From the NCBI RefSeq assembly GCF_048403405.1, contig NZ_CP183129.1: a DNA stretch of 64,000 nt, one strand, 5' to 3'. Each line of letters begins with the position of its first letter. Positions within the stretch are counted from its first letter, which is position 1. Of this stretch, positions 14,844 through 25,971 are shown in pieces. Source of the stretch: Escherichia coli. GTDB lineage: Bacteria; Pseudomonadota; Gammaproteobacteria; Enterobacterales; Enterobacteriaceae. The translations under genes were made by a program, and so were the position numbers. Below the pieces are notes generated by a model. It did no database searches. It worked only from the letters and a program-made list of their open reading frames with translations, and had not been told where the DNA came from.

Positions 14844-14996
14844 GGTTAAGCCGAAGAACAGCCAATGAATTGACTTTAAAAGAGAGATAACTTATTTGTT
14901 TTAGAATCATGTATGTTAGCCCGAGCTAACCTGTTAAAGGTGCAAAAGATTGCACCTTTTTCAAATTACCTCGGGCCTGGTTACGTTGCTTTCGGC

Positions 14997-16646
14997 TTAC
15001 TGATTTTCCTCAATCAACAACGCTTCAAGCAAATCGAGATCGTGCAGTAATTTTTGCAGCGTTTCGTTGCTGATCTCCCGCGTGGCGCGCAGGTGGTACA
15101 GTTCAGCACGTTCAGAACGCAATGCCGCCAGACGGAAGCGACGCTCAAGGTTCTCTTCCTGCACGGAACTTTCAACGTCGTTACGTCCATCGGCGCGACG
15201 ACGCAGGTTACCAATGACGCGAGAACTGACCTCCGTGAGCAGCTGGTTATCGATATTCTCTTCGGTATCCGCCGCCAGACGCTCCTCCATTTTCTGGATC
15301 GCCACAATCGCCACTTCTGCCGTTGCCGCTCGCGCAATACGTTCCTCTTTCAATTGTTGCGAATGGTCCGCGACTTCAATGTGTTGTAGCAGAATAGGCA
15401 ACATCACCACGCCGACAAACAACGAGAAGAGAATGACACCAGCCGCCAGGAATACCAGCTCATAGCGCGCCGGGAAGACGTTACCATCCGGCAAGAGCAG
15501 CGGGATAGAGAGCACACCAGCCAGAGTGATCGCCCCACGCACCCCGGCGAAAGACGCGATCAGGATTTCTCGTGTGGTCCACGAACCAAACTCCATCGGC
15601 TTCTTCTTCAGGAAGCGGTTGCTGAACTTTTTCATCGTCCACAGCCAGCCGAAACGGACCAGCATCAGCGCCGCATAAATCAGAATGATATCGGTAAACA
15701 GCATCCAGATTTCGACGTTAGGGTCGATTTCTGCCGCCATCAGCGACGTCTCCAGAATACCCGGCAGCTGCAGACCTAACAGCAGGAACACCATACCGTT
15801 AAAGACAAATTCCAGCATCGCCCAGGTGCTGTTTGCGCGCAGGCGCATTGCCAGCGGCGCACGGCGCATCACACCGGAGCGGGTGATGGTCATCCCGGCG
15901 GCAACCGCAGCGAGGATGCCGGAAACGCCAATATGTTCGGCAATCAGATAAGAAGCGAATGGCAGCAAGAACAGTAGAACAATCTGCGTCGCAGGTTCAT
16001 CACCGCCCCAGCGGCTGAGGAATCGCAGCGAGCGACCATACAGCCAGCTCACTACAAAACCGGCGAGAATACCGCCAATGGCCACTTTCATAAATTCGAC
16101 CGTTGCACCGCCGACGGTGAAGATCATCGTCCCCATCGCCACTGCTACGGCAAACTTCAACGACACCAGGCCAGAGGCGTCATTCATCAACGCTTCGCCC
16201 TGCAAAATGCCCATGATTTTTTTCGGGATGCGCCCTTCGCCAACAATCCCGGAGAGCGCCACAGCATCGGTCGGAGAAAGCACCGCCGCCAGCGCAAAGG
16301 CGGGGATCAGCGGAATGCCCGGCACCACCCAGTAAATAAGGAAGCCAATGCCGACCACGGTGACCACCACCAGCGCCAGCGCGAGGCCGAAAATCTCTCG
16401 ACCATGTTCGAGAAATTCACGGGTCGGCGTTTTCCAGCCATCAGCGAACAGCAACGGCGGGATAAACAAGACTAAAAAGAGTTCAGGATCAAACTCCACA
16501 TGCAAACCAAACGTCGGCCACGCCAGTAGCGCACCGATGGCGATTTGCATAAGCGGAAGCGGGATCTGAAAGGGCATGACACGAGTGACCACCCCGGACA
16601 GCGAGACCACGAGGGTCATTATCAGTATGGTGAAGAAGATTTCCAT
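14997..16646 (-). CDS. yjcE: CPA1-family Na+/H+ exchanger YjcE
   Basis: 549-aa polytopic membrane protein with C-terminal soluble coiled-coil-like tail. Confidence 0.9.
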   Translation of the reverse strand: MEIFFTILIMTLVVSLSGVVTRVMPFQIPLPLMQIAIGALLAWPTFGLHVEFDPELFLVLFIPPLLFADGWKTPTREFLEHGREIFGLALALVVVTVVGIGFLIYWVVPGIPLIPAFALAAVLSPTDAVALSGIVGEGRIPKKIMGILQGEALMNDASGLVSLKFAVAVAMGTMIFTVGGATVEFMKVAIGGILAGFVVSWLYGRSLRFLSRWGGDEPATQIVLLFLLPFASYLIAEHIGVSGILAAVAAGMTITRSGVMRRAPLAMRLRANSTWAMLEFVFNGMVFLLLGLQLPGILETSLMAAEIDPNVEIWMLFTDIILIYAALMLVRFGWLWTMKKFSNRFLKKKPMEFGSWTTREILIASFAGVRGAITLAGVLSIPLLLPDGNVFPARYELVFLAAGVILFSLFVGVVMLPILLQHIEVADHSQQLKEERIARAATAEVAIVAIQKMEERLAADTEENIDNQLLTEVSSRVIGNLRRRADGRNDVESSVQEENLERRFRLAALRSERAELYHLRATREISNETLQKLLHDLDLLEALLIEENQ

Positions 16647-16796
16647 GCGTTCCCTGTTTGCGATGTTTTTTATGATCTGAGAAAGACGTTATGCCTGAAT
16701 TCTCATTTTTTCAGAATATCGCAAAAGCTCACACAATGTGCGGAGAAAATAAAAACGGGCAGCCATTGCCACCCGTTTTCAGAATCATATGAAAGA

Positions 16797-18146
16797 TTAG
16801 ATAGCCCAGCCACCCGCATAGAAGGTCACCAGCGCCACAGCGATAACGACCGTACCGATGTTCAACTTGCGCCATTCGCCGGAAACCAGACGACCAATCA
16901 CCAGAGTCGCGAAGCCGATCATGATGCCTGTTACGATGTTACAGGTCAGCACGATGAATACCGCCGTAACCAGACCCGCCATCGCATCAACAAAATCAGC
17001 AAAGTCGATTTTCGCCACGTTACTCAGCATCAGCAGGCCAACGTACATCAGCGCCGGAGCCGTTGCATACCCCGGAACGAGGTAAGAGAGCGGAGAGAGG
17101 AACAGAATCAGCAGGAACAGCACGCCAACGGTGATAGCCGTCAACCCGGTTTTACCGCCCGCCGCCGTACCCGCCGCAGACTCGATGTATACCGCTGCCG
17201 GAGCTGCACCCACCAGGCCAGAGAAAACGCTGCTCATGGAGTCAGTGGTCAGTGCTTTACCGCCGTCGATGATCTGCCCATCTTTATCCAGCAGGTTCGC
17301 CTGACCGGCGACGGCGCGGATAGTTCCGGTGGCATCAAATACTGCCGTCATCACCAGCGCCAGAACGCTTGGCAGGACTACAGGATTCAGCGCGCCCATA
17401 ATGTCCAGGCTGCCAATCAGTGAATTGCCGTTTTCATCGCTCAATGAAGGCATGGCGAAAACGCCGGAGAAATGGACGTTAGGATCGAAGATCAAACCGA
17501 CAATTGAGATACCGATAATGGTCAGCAGAATGCCACCAGGGACTTTCAGTTTTTCCAGGCCGATGATCACCGCCAGACCTACCAGTGACATAATCACCGG
17601 GAAGGTCGCGAAATCACCCAGCGCAACGGGCAGACCATCAAGCGGGTTTTTAATCACCAGACCGACACCATTAGCGGCAATGAGCAGCAGGAACAGACCG
17701 ATACCGATCCCCGTGCCGTGCGCCACACCGTGCGGCAAGTTGCGCAAAATCCAGCTACGGATACCCGTGGCAGAAATTACCGTAAACAGTACACCCATCA
17801 GGAACACGGCACCCAGCGCGACAGGTACGCTAATATGTTGCCCCAGCACCAGACTGAATGCGGTAAACGCCGTCAGGGAGATGGCGCAACCAATCGCCAA
17901 CGGCAGATTAGCCCACAGACCCATCACGATAGAACCGAGTCCGGCAACCAGACAGGTCGCAACGAAAACTGCCGCAGGCGGGAAGCCTGCTTTACCCAAC
18001 ATGCCTGGAACGACGATAACCGAGTAGACCATCGCCAGAAATGTTGTTAACCCGGCAACCACTTCCTGACGGACAGTGCTTCCACGTTGTGAAATTTTAA
18101 ACCAGGCGTCGAGTGAACCGCCGGTACGCGCTGATGGCGTAGACAT
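16797..18146 (-). CDS. ghxP: guanine/hypoxanthine permease GhxP (YjcD), NCS2 family
   Basis: 449-aa polytopic membrane ORF; PurR-box-like sites upstream. Confidence 0.9.
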
Positions 18147-18260
18147 AAGAAAACATCCCCTGAGAGTTTAATTTTCGTCAAGATGCGTGGCGGACAATCC
18201 CCTGCCAGCGAAACGTTATCTTCCTGCTCCAGGTTTGCGACAAATTGGTGCGTCGCAAAA

Positions 18261-18276
18261 AAGCAAACGTTTAGCT
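18261..18276. promoter_or_regulatory. candidate PurR operator upstream of ghxP
   Basis: AAGCAAACGTTTAGCT contains the GCAAACGTTT core of the PurR box, about 120 bp upstream of ghxP start. Confidence 0.45.
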
Positions 18277-18402
18277 CCGCGCATACAAAACGGGTGGTAA
18301 AAAAAGCAAACGATTATCCGGCGATCATAGCGGCTTTTTCAACCGAAGTTTGCTGCTTTTTTCTCTTTTATTGTCTTGACGATGAAAAACCAGGCAATTG
18401 AT

Positions 18403-18418
18403 GCGCAAACGTTATCGT
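18403..18418. promoter_or_regulatory. second, weaker PurR-box-like site
   Basis: GCGCAAACGTTATCGT, partial match to the PurR consensus. Confidence 0.3.
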
Positions 18419-18559
18419 CGATGCGCAAGATTGCAGCGTTATCGAGCCGCATACCGTTCAGGATTGCGATAAAAAATCGTCTGAGATGACAAAAATATTG
18501 CGGCTAAAAAGTGTACTTTTACACTGGCGAAGAAACGCCGGTGACATACAATTAAAGCA

Positions 18560-18703
18560 TCAACACCAACCGGAACCTCCACCACGTGCTCGAATGAGGT
18601 GTGTTGACGTCGGGGGAAACCCTCCTGTGTACCAGCGGGATAGAGAGAAAGACAAAGACCGGAAAACAAACTAAAGCGCCCTTGTGGCGCTTTAGTTTTG
18701 TTC
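18560..18703 (+). ncRNA. sraL: candidate small RNA SraL (RyjA) in the ghxP-soxR intergenic region
   Basis: ORF-free stretch ending in a GC-rich hairpin (18668..18698) followed by a U-rich tract on the + strand, overlapping the soxR stop codon; position matches my recollection of SraL; 5' end is a guess. Confidence 0.4.
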
Positions 18704-19156
18704 ATCTTCCAGCAAGCGTGCGCCGGTACCTTCTTCTCCTAAGCGGTCGCCCGGGTTACGCAATGGGCAATCACTGCGCGAAAGGCAGCCACAACCAATA
18801 CATCCGTCCAGCTCGTCACGCAGCGCCACTAAGGTATGAATGCGCCGATCCAACTCTTCTCGCCATTGGGACGAAAGCTGTTTCCACTCTTTCGCACTTA
18901 ATGTATGCCCTTCGGGCAACACGCCAAATGCTTCACGAATGGTCGCCAGCGGAATGCCAATACGCTGAGCAATTTTGATGATTGCGACATATCGCAACAC
19001 ATCACGTTTATATCGCCGCTGATTGCCACTATTACGGATACTGCTAATCAACCCTTTGCTTTCATAGAAATGCAGCGCCGATACCGCCACACCGCTGCGT
19101 TTTGCCACTTCGCCGGGGGTTAGCAGCGCTTTAATGCGGGGTAATTTCTTTTCCAT
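18692..19156 (-). CDS. soxR: redox-sensing MerR-family regulator SoxR
   Basis: 154 aa, MerR HTH N-terminus and C-terminal [12 protein letters not shown] [2Fe-2S] cluster motif. Confidence 0.95.
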   Translation of the reverse strand: MEKKLPRIKALLTPGEVAKRSGVAVSALHFYESKGLISSIRNSGNQRRYKRDVLRYVAIIKIAQRIGIPLATIREAFGVLPEGHTLSAKEWKQLSSQWREELDRRIHTLVALRDELDGCIGCGCLSRSDCPLRNPGDRLGEEGTGARLLEDEQN

Positions 19157-19167
19157 AAATCGCTTTA

Positions 19168-19185
19168 CCTCAAGTTAACTTGAGG
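19168..19185. promoter_or_regulatory. SoxR operator in the soxS promoter
   Basis: Perfect 18-bp palindrome CCTCAAGTTAACTTGAGG between a TTTACC -35-like hexamer (19164..19169) and TATACT -10 (19189..19194), 19-bp spacer. Confidence 0.85.
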
Positions 19186-19241
19186 AATTATACTCCCCAA
19201 CAGATGAATTAACGAACTGAACACTGAAAAGAGGCAGATTT

Positions 19242-19565
19242 ATGTCCCATCAGAAAATTATTCAGGATCTTATCGCATGGATTGACGAGCATATTGACCA
19301 GCCGCTTAACATTGATGTCGTCGCAAAAAAATCAGGCTATTCAAAGTGGTACTTACAGCGGATGTTCCGCACGGTGACGCATCAGACACTTGGTGATTAC
19401 ATTCGCCAACGCCGCCTGTTACTGGCCGCCGTTGAGTTGCGCACCACCGAGCGTCCGATTTTTGATATCGCAATGGACCTGGGTTATGTCTCGCAGCAGA
19501 CCTTCTCCCGCGTTTTCCGTCGGCAGTTTGATCGCACTCCCAGCGATTATCGCCACCGCCTGTAG
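19242..19565 (+). CDS. soxS: AraC-family superoxide response regulator SoxS
   Basis: 107 aa, MSHQKIIQDLIAWIDEHIDQPLNIDVVAKKSGYSKWYLQRMF; divergent from soxR. Confidence 0.95.
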   Translation: MSHQKIIQDLIAWIDEHIDQPLNIDVVAKKSGYSKWYLQRMFRTVTHQTLGDYIRQRRLLLAAVELRTTERPIFDIAMDLGYVSQQTFSRVFRRQFDRTPSDYRHRL

Positions 19566-19567
19566 TT

Positions 19568-21154
19568 TTATTGCCCGCGCGTTAACTCCCGCGCGGGTAA
19601 TTGCTCCATCCATTGCATAAACACCTGCGGCGGCATCGCCTTCGCAAAGAACCATCCCTGGCAATAGCGCACGCCGCGTTTGCGCAGCCAGTTAACCTGC
19701 TCCTCAGTTTCGACGCCTTCAGCGATCGTTTTTAACCCCAGACTGTGCGCCAGCTCGATGATGTGTTCCGCAATCAAATGACTGGTTTTATGGGTGGTCA
19801 GCGTCTCAACAAACGATTTATCGATTTTCAAAATATCGACATTCAATGATTTAAGGTTATGCAAGTTAGAGTAGCCAATACCAAAATCATCAATTGCCAC
19901 TTCGTAACCAGCCTGGCGGAAAGCCAGAATAATTGGTGTCATTTTGTCGACATCAAGAAATGCATGTTCAGTCACTTCAAATTTAATTTGCTGTGGACGC
20001 ACCGCGTATTGCTCTGTTTTCTGATTGGTTCGCGCTATCAACCGTGACGTATGAAAATCGGAGGCCGACAGGTTAATAGAAACATAGCGATCGGCATGTG
20101 TTGCCAGGTACGCGCCCAGATCGCGGAAGACATTATCAATAACATAATCAGTTACCTGTCCGATCATCCCCTCCTTTTCTGCCAGCGGAATAAACTCTGC
20201 CGGATTCATTACTTGCCCCTGCTCACCAGGCCAACGTAACAATGCTTCAGCGCCGATACATTTTTCTGTTTTGATATCGATTATTGGCTGGTAATAAAGG
20301 CAAAGTTGATGTTTTTCGAGGGCGCGTTGCAATTTGCGTTTGGGAGACAAATAGTTTTGCCGAATACGTAGCCAGAGTAATAACAGAACAAGACTCCCCA
20401 AAATACCGGCGGGTAACGCAAAAATAAGATGATTATAAAAATGCGCTATAAGACGTTGATATGAAGTCGCAACAATGGCTGCAATTGGGCGTTTTGTCGA
20501 ATAAACTGTCGCATATAAATAGCCATTTCTTTGTACGGTTAAATCATTCAAATGAATCAGTGGAGAAAACGTTGCTGCCGAGGCCTCGTTGCTTAACGAG
20601 AAAAAGGTTTTCGTTACCGTATCATACACACCCCATTGCAATGTCGGATCATCAGACATCACTTCACTCCAGAAGAGAGGGTTGATGACCACCACATAAT
20701 TTCCCCGCTGCATATAGGTCATTTTATAGCCAGAGAAAAAAGGCGTATCGCGGTAATAATAGATAGAAACGTTAGGTTCACGCTTATAATCGGCCGGTGC
20801 AATCGTATAGCCGTTTACAGGCGCTATCAGCGATGAGCATAAAAAATGGTTATCACGGGCATAGATCAATTCATTAATATAAAGATAGCCACGAATAATA
20901 TTCAACATTCGCTTTTGATGGGTTGGAGTGCAAACTTGCCCCTGATAGCGTTCAGCAGCATCGCTCACTAAATCTGCCTGGCGAATGACCAGCTCGGATT
21001 TATCCAGCGCCAGCTGAGCAAAAGTTTGGAGCTGACTATTCACTTCTGATTTTGCCCAAAGGAAGGCAATCCATAGCGACAGAATGATGGGAAAGAGAAC
21101 TAAAAAGATAATGCCCGGCAACGCCAGTAATTGGTGTCGTGCACGATGACTCAT
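19568..21154 (-). CDS. pdeC: c-di-GMP phosphodiesterase PdeC (YjcC), CSS-EAL domain protein
   Basis: Two TM segments flanking a periplasmic domain, C-terminal EAL domain; start taken at MSHRARHQ (528 aa). Confidence 0.9.
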
Positions 21155-21583
21155 TGCTATCAATTTCCTGCCTGTTTATACCCGGTCATTGCAAGGCGAG
21201 AACCCTGGTTATCGACGTCTTTAGATAAATCTTACGGTATAAATAGCACTTTTGCCTGATTTGAAATTGATACCTTTTTAATCGTCACCTGAATAAAAAT
21301 AATTCATTGATATTCAAAACTAATTTCCTACAGGAATGCAGAGGCGGTGGGAAGATATACCCTTAATGCCGCTGAAAAAACACATAATCTGTACGGCAAT
21401 AAAAATCACGGCCTAATCTGGCTAACAAACAATCAATTGTGATATAGTTCACAAAATTAATGAAACAAACAGAGTGTTTCATTTTTGTGTCCTGCAAGCC
21501 CCGCGATAGCCAGAGTGTACCACGCCTCCCGTGAACAACGCCGCGCTGTCCGAGGCATCGGCTCTTTTCAGAGGAATTGTTTG

Positions 21584-21865
21584 ATGGCTACCCTCACCAC
21601 TGGCGTGGTTCTTCTTCGCTGGCAACTTCTTAGTGCCGTAATGATGTTTCTGGCCAGCACACTCAACATCCGTTTTCGTCGGTCTGATTATGTCGGGCTT
21701 GCAGTGATCAGCAGCGGTCTGGGCGTGGTTTCTGCCTGCTGGTTCGCAATGGGGTTGCTTGGCATCACAATGGCGGATATCACCGCCATCTGGCACAACA
21801 TCGAGTCGGTGATGATAGAAGAGATGAATCAGACACCGCCACAATGGCCAATGATTTTGACTTGA
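21584..21865 (+). CDS. yjcB: small inner membrane protein YjcB
   Basis: 93-aa hydrophobic ORF starting MATLTTGVVLLRWQ followed by a strong rho-independent terminator. Confidence 0.75.
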   Translation: MATLTTGVVLLRWQLLSAVMMFLASTLNIRFRRSDYVGLAVISSGLGVVSACWFAMGLLGITMADITAIWHNIESVMIEEMNQTPPQWPMILT

Positions 21866-21871
21866 TATGTA

Positions 21872-21900
21872 GAAGCCTCCAAAACGGAGGCTTCTTTTTT
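21872..21900. terminator. rho-independent terminator after yjcB (bidirectional with ssb)
   Basis: GAAGCCTCC-AAAAC-GGAGGCTTC followed by TTTTTT. Confidence 0.8.
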
Positions 21901-21963
21901 ACGGCTGGCAGATGTTTTAATCATCCACCTTAAAACAATATAACCTATTGTTTTAATGAAAAA

Positions 21964-22500
21964 TCAGAACGGAATATCGTCATCAAAGTCCATCGGCGGC
22001 TCATTAGACGGTGCTGCCGGAGCAGACTGCTGCGGGCGAGACTGCGCGCCGCCGCTGAACTGATTGCCGCCCTGCGGCTGCTGAGGCTGACCCCAACCGC
22101 CCTGCGGCTGACCACCACCGATATTGCCACCTGCAGGAGCGCCACCACCCTGACGACCACCCAACATCTGCATGGTGCCGCCAACGTTCACCACGACTTC
22201 TGTGGTGTAGCGATCCTGACCGGATTGATCGGTCCATTTGCGGGTACGCAGCTGACCTTCGATATAAACCTGAGAACCTTTACGCAGATATTCGCTGGCC
22301 ACTTCTGCCAGTTTGCCGAACAGCACAACGCGGTGCCATTCAGTCTGCTCTTTCATCTCGCCGGTCGCTTTATCACGCCAGGATTCGGAAGTAGCCAGCG
22401 TAATGTTGGCAACTGCGCCACCATTTGGCATGTAGCGTACTTCCGGGTCCTGACCCAGATTACCAACGAGAATAACCTTGTTTACGCCTCTGCTGGCCAT
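21964..22500 (-). CDS. ssb: single-stranded DNA-binding protein
   Basis: 178 aa, [44 protein letters not shown], Gly/Gln-rich tail ending DFDDDIPF. Confidence 0.95.
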   Translation of the reverse strand: MASRGVNKVILVGNLGQDPEVRYMPNGGAVANITLATSESWRDKATGEMKEQTEWHRVVLFGKLAEVASEYLRKGSQVYIEGQLRTRKWTDQSGQDRYTTEVVVNVGGTMQMLGGRQGGGAPAGGNIGGGQPQGGWGQPQQPQGGNQFSGGAQSRPQQSAPAAPSNEPPMDFDDDIPF

Positions 22501-22653
22501 GTTCGTGTCTCCTGAAAAAAAATCGTTCTGAATAAGTGTAAACGCGCGATTGTACCATTACCAATAGCGCTTTTACTATGTTGTGACCTCGGTTCCGGGA
22601 AACAAACCTGGCCAGACATTGTTACACAACACTCCGGGTAATGCATTCCAATA

Positions 22654-22669
22654 CTGTATATTCATTCAG
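22654..22669. promoter_or_regulatory. LexA box in the ssb-uvrA divergent promoter region
   Basis: CTGTATATTCATTCAG matches CTGT-N8-ACAG, about 90 bp upstream of uvrA ATG. Confidence 0.8.
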
Positions 22670-22754
22670 GTTAATTTGTGTCATAATTAACCGTTTGTGA
22701 TCGCCGGTAGCACCATGCCACCGGGCAAAAAAGCGTTTAATCCGGGAAAGGTGA

Positions 22755-25577
22755 ATGGATAAGATCGAAGTTCGGGGCGCCCGCACCCATAATCTCAAAA
22801 ACATCAACCTCGTTATCCCCCGCGACAAGCTCATTGTCGTGACCGGGCTTTCGGGTTCTGGCAAATCCTCGCTCGCTTTCGACACCTTATATGCCGAAGG
22901 GCAGCGCCGTTACGTTGAATCCCTTTCCGCCTACGCGCGGCAGTTTCTGTCACTGATGGAAAAGCCGGACGTCGACCATATTGAGGGGCTTTCTCCTGCC
23001 ATCTCAATTGAGCAGAAATCGACGTCTCATAACCCGCGTTCTACGGTGGGGACAATCACCGAAATCCACGACTATTTGCGTTTGTTGTTCGCCCGCGTTG
23101 GCGAGCCGCGCTGTCCGGACCACGACGTCCCGCTGGCGGCGCAAACCGTCAGCCAGATGGTGGATAACGTGCTGTCGCAGCCGGAAGGCAAGCGTCTGAT
23201 GCTACTCGCGCCAATCATTAAAGAGCGCAAAGGCGAACACACCAAAACGCTGGAAAATCTGGCAAGCCAGGGTTACATCCGTGCTCGTATTGATGGCGAA
23301 GTCTGCGATCTTTCCGATCCGCCGAAACTGGAACTGCAAAAGAAACATACCATTGAAGTGGTGGTTGATCGCTTCAAGGTGCGTGATGATCTTTCCCAAC
23401 GTCTTGCCGAGTCGTTTGAAACTGCGCTGGAGCTTTCCGGTGGTACCGCGGTAGTTGCGGATATGGACGACCCGAAAGCGGAAGAGCTGCTGTTCTCCGC
23501 TAATTTCGCCTGCCCAATTTGCGGCTACAGTATGCGCGAGCTGGAGCCGCGACTGTTTTCGTTTAACAACCCGGCAGGGGCCTGCCCGACCTGTGACGGC
23601 CTTGGCGTGCAGCAATATTTCGATCCTGACCGCGTGATCCAGAATCCGGAACTGTCGCTGGCTGGCGGTGCGATCCGAGGCTGGGATCGCCGCAACTTCT
23701 ATTACTTCCAGATGCTGAAATCGCTGGCAGATCACTATAAGTTCGACGTCGAAGCGCCGTGGGGCAGCCTGAGCGCGAACGTGCATAAAGTGGTGTTGTA
23801 CGGTTCTGGCAAAGAAAACATTGAATTCAAATACATGAACGATCGTGGCGATACCTCCATTCGTCGTCATCCGTTCGAAGGCGTGCTGCACAATATGGAG
23901 CGCCGTTATAAAGAGACGGAATCCAGTGCGGTACGCGAAGAATTAGCCAAGTTTATCAGCAATCGCCCGTGCGCCAGCTGCGAAGGGACGCGTCTGCGTC
24001 GGGAAGCGCGCCATGTGTATGTCGAGAATACGCCGCTGCCTGCTATCTCCGACATGAGCATCGGTCATGCGATGGAATTCTTCAACAATCTCAAACTCGC
24101 AGGTCAGCGAGCTAAGATTGCGGAAAAAATTCTTAAAGAGATTGGCGATCGCCTGAAATTCCTCGTTAACGTAGGCCTGAATTACCTGACACTTTCCCGC
24201 TCGGCAGAGACACTTTCTGGCGGTGAAGCCCAGCGTATCCGTCTGGCGAGCCAGATTGGTGCGGGCCTGGTTGGCGTTATGTACGTGCTGGACGAGCCGT
24301 CTATCGGCCTGCACCAGCGCGATAACGAGCGCCTGTTGGGTACGCTTATCCATCTGCGCGATCTCGGTAATACCGTGATTGTGGTGGAGCACGACGAAGA
24401 CGCGATTCGCGCCGCTGACCATGTGATCGACATTGGCCCGGGCGCAGGTGTACACGGCGGTGAAGTGGTCGCAGAAGGTCCACTGGAAGCGATTATGGCA
24501 GTGCCTGAGTCGTTGACCGGGCAGTACATGAGCGGTAAACGCAAGATTGAAGTGCCGAAGAAACGCGTTCCGGCGAATCCGGAAAAAGTGCTGAAGCTGA
24601 CAGGCGCACACGGTAATAACCTGAAAGACGTGACGCTGACGCTGCCAGTCGGTCTGTTTACCTGCATCACAGGGGTTTCAGGTTCCGGTAAATCGACACT
24701 GATTAACGACACACTGTTCCCGATTGCCCAACGCCAGTTGAATGGGGCGACCATCGCCGAACCGGCACCGTATCGCGATATTCAGGGGCTGGAGCATTTC
24801 GATAAAGTGATCGATATCGACCAAAGCCCAATTGGTCGTACTCCGCGTTCTAACCCGGCGACCTATACCGGCGTGTTTACGCCTGTGCGCGAACTGTTTG
24901 CGGGCGTACCGGAATCCCGTGCGCGCGGTTATACGCCAGGACGTTTCAGCTTTAACGTCCGTGGCGGACGCTGCGAAGCCTGTCAGGGCGACGGCGTGAT
25001 CAAAGTGGAGATGCACTTCCTGCCGGATATCTACGTGCCGTGCGACCAGTGCAAAGGTAAACGCTATAACCGTGAAACGCTGGAGATTAAGTACAAAGGC
25101 AAAACCATCCACGAAGTGCTGGATATGACCATCGAAGAGGCGCGTGAGTTCTTTGATGCGGTGCCAGCTCTGGCGCGTAAGCTGCAAACGTTGATGGACG
25201 TTGGCCTGACGTACATTCGCCTCGGGCAGTCCGCAACCACCCTTTCTGGTGGTGAAGCCCAGCGCGTGAAGCTGGCGCGTGAGCTGTCAAAACGCGGCAC
25301 CGGGCAGACACTGTATATTCTTGATGAGCCGACCACCGGTCTGCACTTCGCCGATATTCAGCAACTGCTCGACGTACTGCATAAACTGCGCGATCAGGGC
25401 AATACCATTGTGGTGATTGAACACAATCTCGACGTGATCAAAACCGCTGACTGGATTGTCGACCTGGGACCGGAAGGCGGCAGTGGTGGCGGCGAGATCC
25501 TCGTCTCCGGTACGCCAGAAACCGTCGCGGAGTGCGAAGCTTCGCATACGGCACGCTTCCTCAAGCCGATGCTGTAA
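22755..25577 (+). CDS. uvrA: excinuclease ABC subunit UvrA
   Basis: 940 aa, two ABC ATPase modules ([20 protein letters not shown]) and zinc-finger Cys clusters. Confidence 0.97.
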   Translation: MDKIEVRGARTHNLKNINLVIPRDKLIVVTGLSGSGKSSLAFDTLYAEGQRRYVESLSAYARQFLSLMEKPDVDHIEGLSPAISIEQKSTSHNPRSTVGTITEIHDYLRLLFARVGEPRCPDHDVPLAAQTVSQMVDNVLSQPEGKRLMLLAPIIKERKGEHTKTLENLASQGYIRARIDGEVCDLSDPPKLELQKKHTIEVVVDRFKVRDDLSQRLAESFETALELSGGTAVVADMDDPKAEELLFSANFACPICGYSMRELEPRLFSFNNPAGACPTCDGLGVQQYFDPDRVIQNPELSLAGGAIRGWDRRNFYYFQMLKSLADHYKFDVEAPWGSLSANVHKVVLYGSGKENIEFKYMNDRGDTSIRRHPFEGVLHNMERRYKETESSAVREELAKFISNRPCASCEGTRLRREARHVYVENTPLPAISDMSIGHAMEFFNNLKLAGQRAKIAEKILKEIGDRLKFLVNVGLNYLTLSRSAETLSGGEAQRIRLASQIGAGLVGVMYVLDEPSIGLHQRDNERLLGTLIHLRDLGNTVIVVEHDEDAIRAADHVIDIGPGAGVHGGEVVAEGPLEAIMAVPESLTGQYMSGKRKIEVPKKRVPANPEKVLKLTGAHGNNLKDVTLTLPVGLFTCITGVSGSGKSTLINDTLFPIAQRQLNGATIAEPAPYRDIQGLEHFDKVIDIDQSPIGRTPRSNPATYTGVFTPVRELFAGVPESRARGYTPGRFSFNVRGGRCEACQGDGVIKVEMHFLPDIYVPCDQCKGKRYNRETLEIKYKGKTIHEVLDMTIEEAREFFDAVPALARKLQTLMDVGLTYIRLGQSATTLSGGEAQRVKLARELSKRGTGQTLYILDEPTTGLHFADIQQLLDVLHKLRDQGNTIVVIEHNLDVIKTADWIVDLGPEGGSGGGEILVSGTPETVAECEASHTARFLKPML

Positions 25578-25582
25578 TCGTT

Positions 25583-25612
25583 AAGGCCGCTTTCTGAGCG
25601 GCCTTTTCCTTT
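25583..25612. terminator. terminator between uvrA and yjbR
   Basis: AAGGCCGC-TTTCTGA-GCGGCCTT followed by a T-rich tract. Confidence 0.7.
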
Positions 25613-25968
25613 CAGAGTTGCACCAGCAATTTACGTTTTTCTTCCGGCAGCAAATTCACCGCCTGCTGATAAGACGCATCCACCAGATAATAGATTTGCG
25701 AATCCGGTAGCGATCCGTCGAGATACACGGTGCTCCAGTGCGCTTTATTCAGATGGCGGCTTGGACGCACATCGCTGTGCTGCTGACGTAGCAGCTCCGC
25801 CAGCTCCGGGCTGGTTTTCAGCGAAACCGCCGGGCGATTTTCTACTTCTTTCACCATCGCAAACAGTACATCTTCCACTTTGATCTGCGTCGCTTTCCAG
25901 TCGTTATGCACGCTCTGTTCTGCGCCTGGTTTTGCCATGCAATATTGTAGCAACTCCGAAATGGTCAT
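25612..25968 (-). CDS. yjbR: YjbR (MmcQ/YjbR-family protein)
   Basis: 118-aa ORF immediately downstream of yjbQ. Confidence 0.85.
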   Translation of the reverse strand: MTISELLQYCMAKPGAEQSVHNDWKATQIKVEDVLFAMVKEVENRPAVSLKTSPELAELLRQQHSDVRPSRHLNKAHWSTVYLDGSLPDSQIYYLVDASYQQAVNLLPEEKRKLLVQL

Positions 25969-25971
25969 TTT

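Noticed and set aside
16545-18050. Long + strand ORFs (292, 232, 110 aa) spanning yjcE/ghxP
   Set aside because: Antisense to two recognised transporter genes; low-complexity Arg/His/Thr-rich translations
18183-18401. 72-aa ORF in the ghxP upstream region
   Set aside because: No RBS and it overlaps the PurR-box-like promoter region of ghxP; more likely non-coding leader/promoter DNA
23202-24754. Several 190-230-aa ORFs on the - strand inside uvrA
   Set aside because: All antisense to the 940-aa uvrA reading frame, which has clear ABC ATPase motifs
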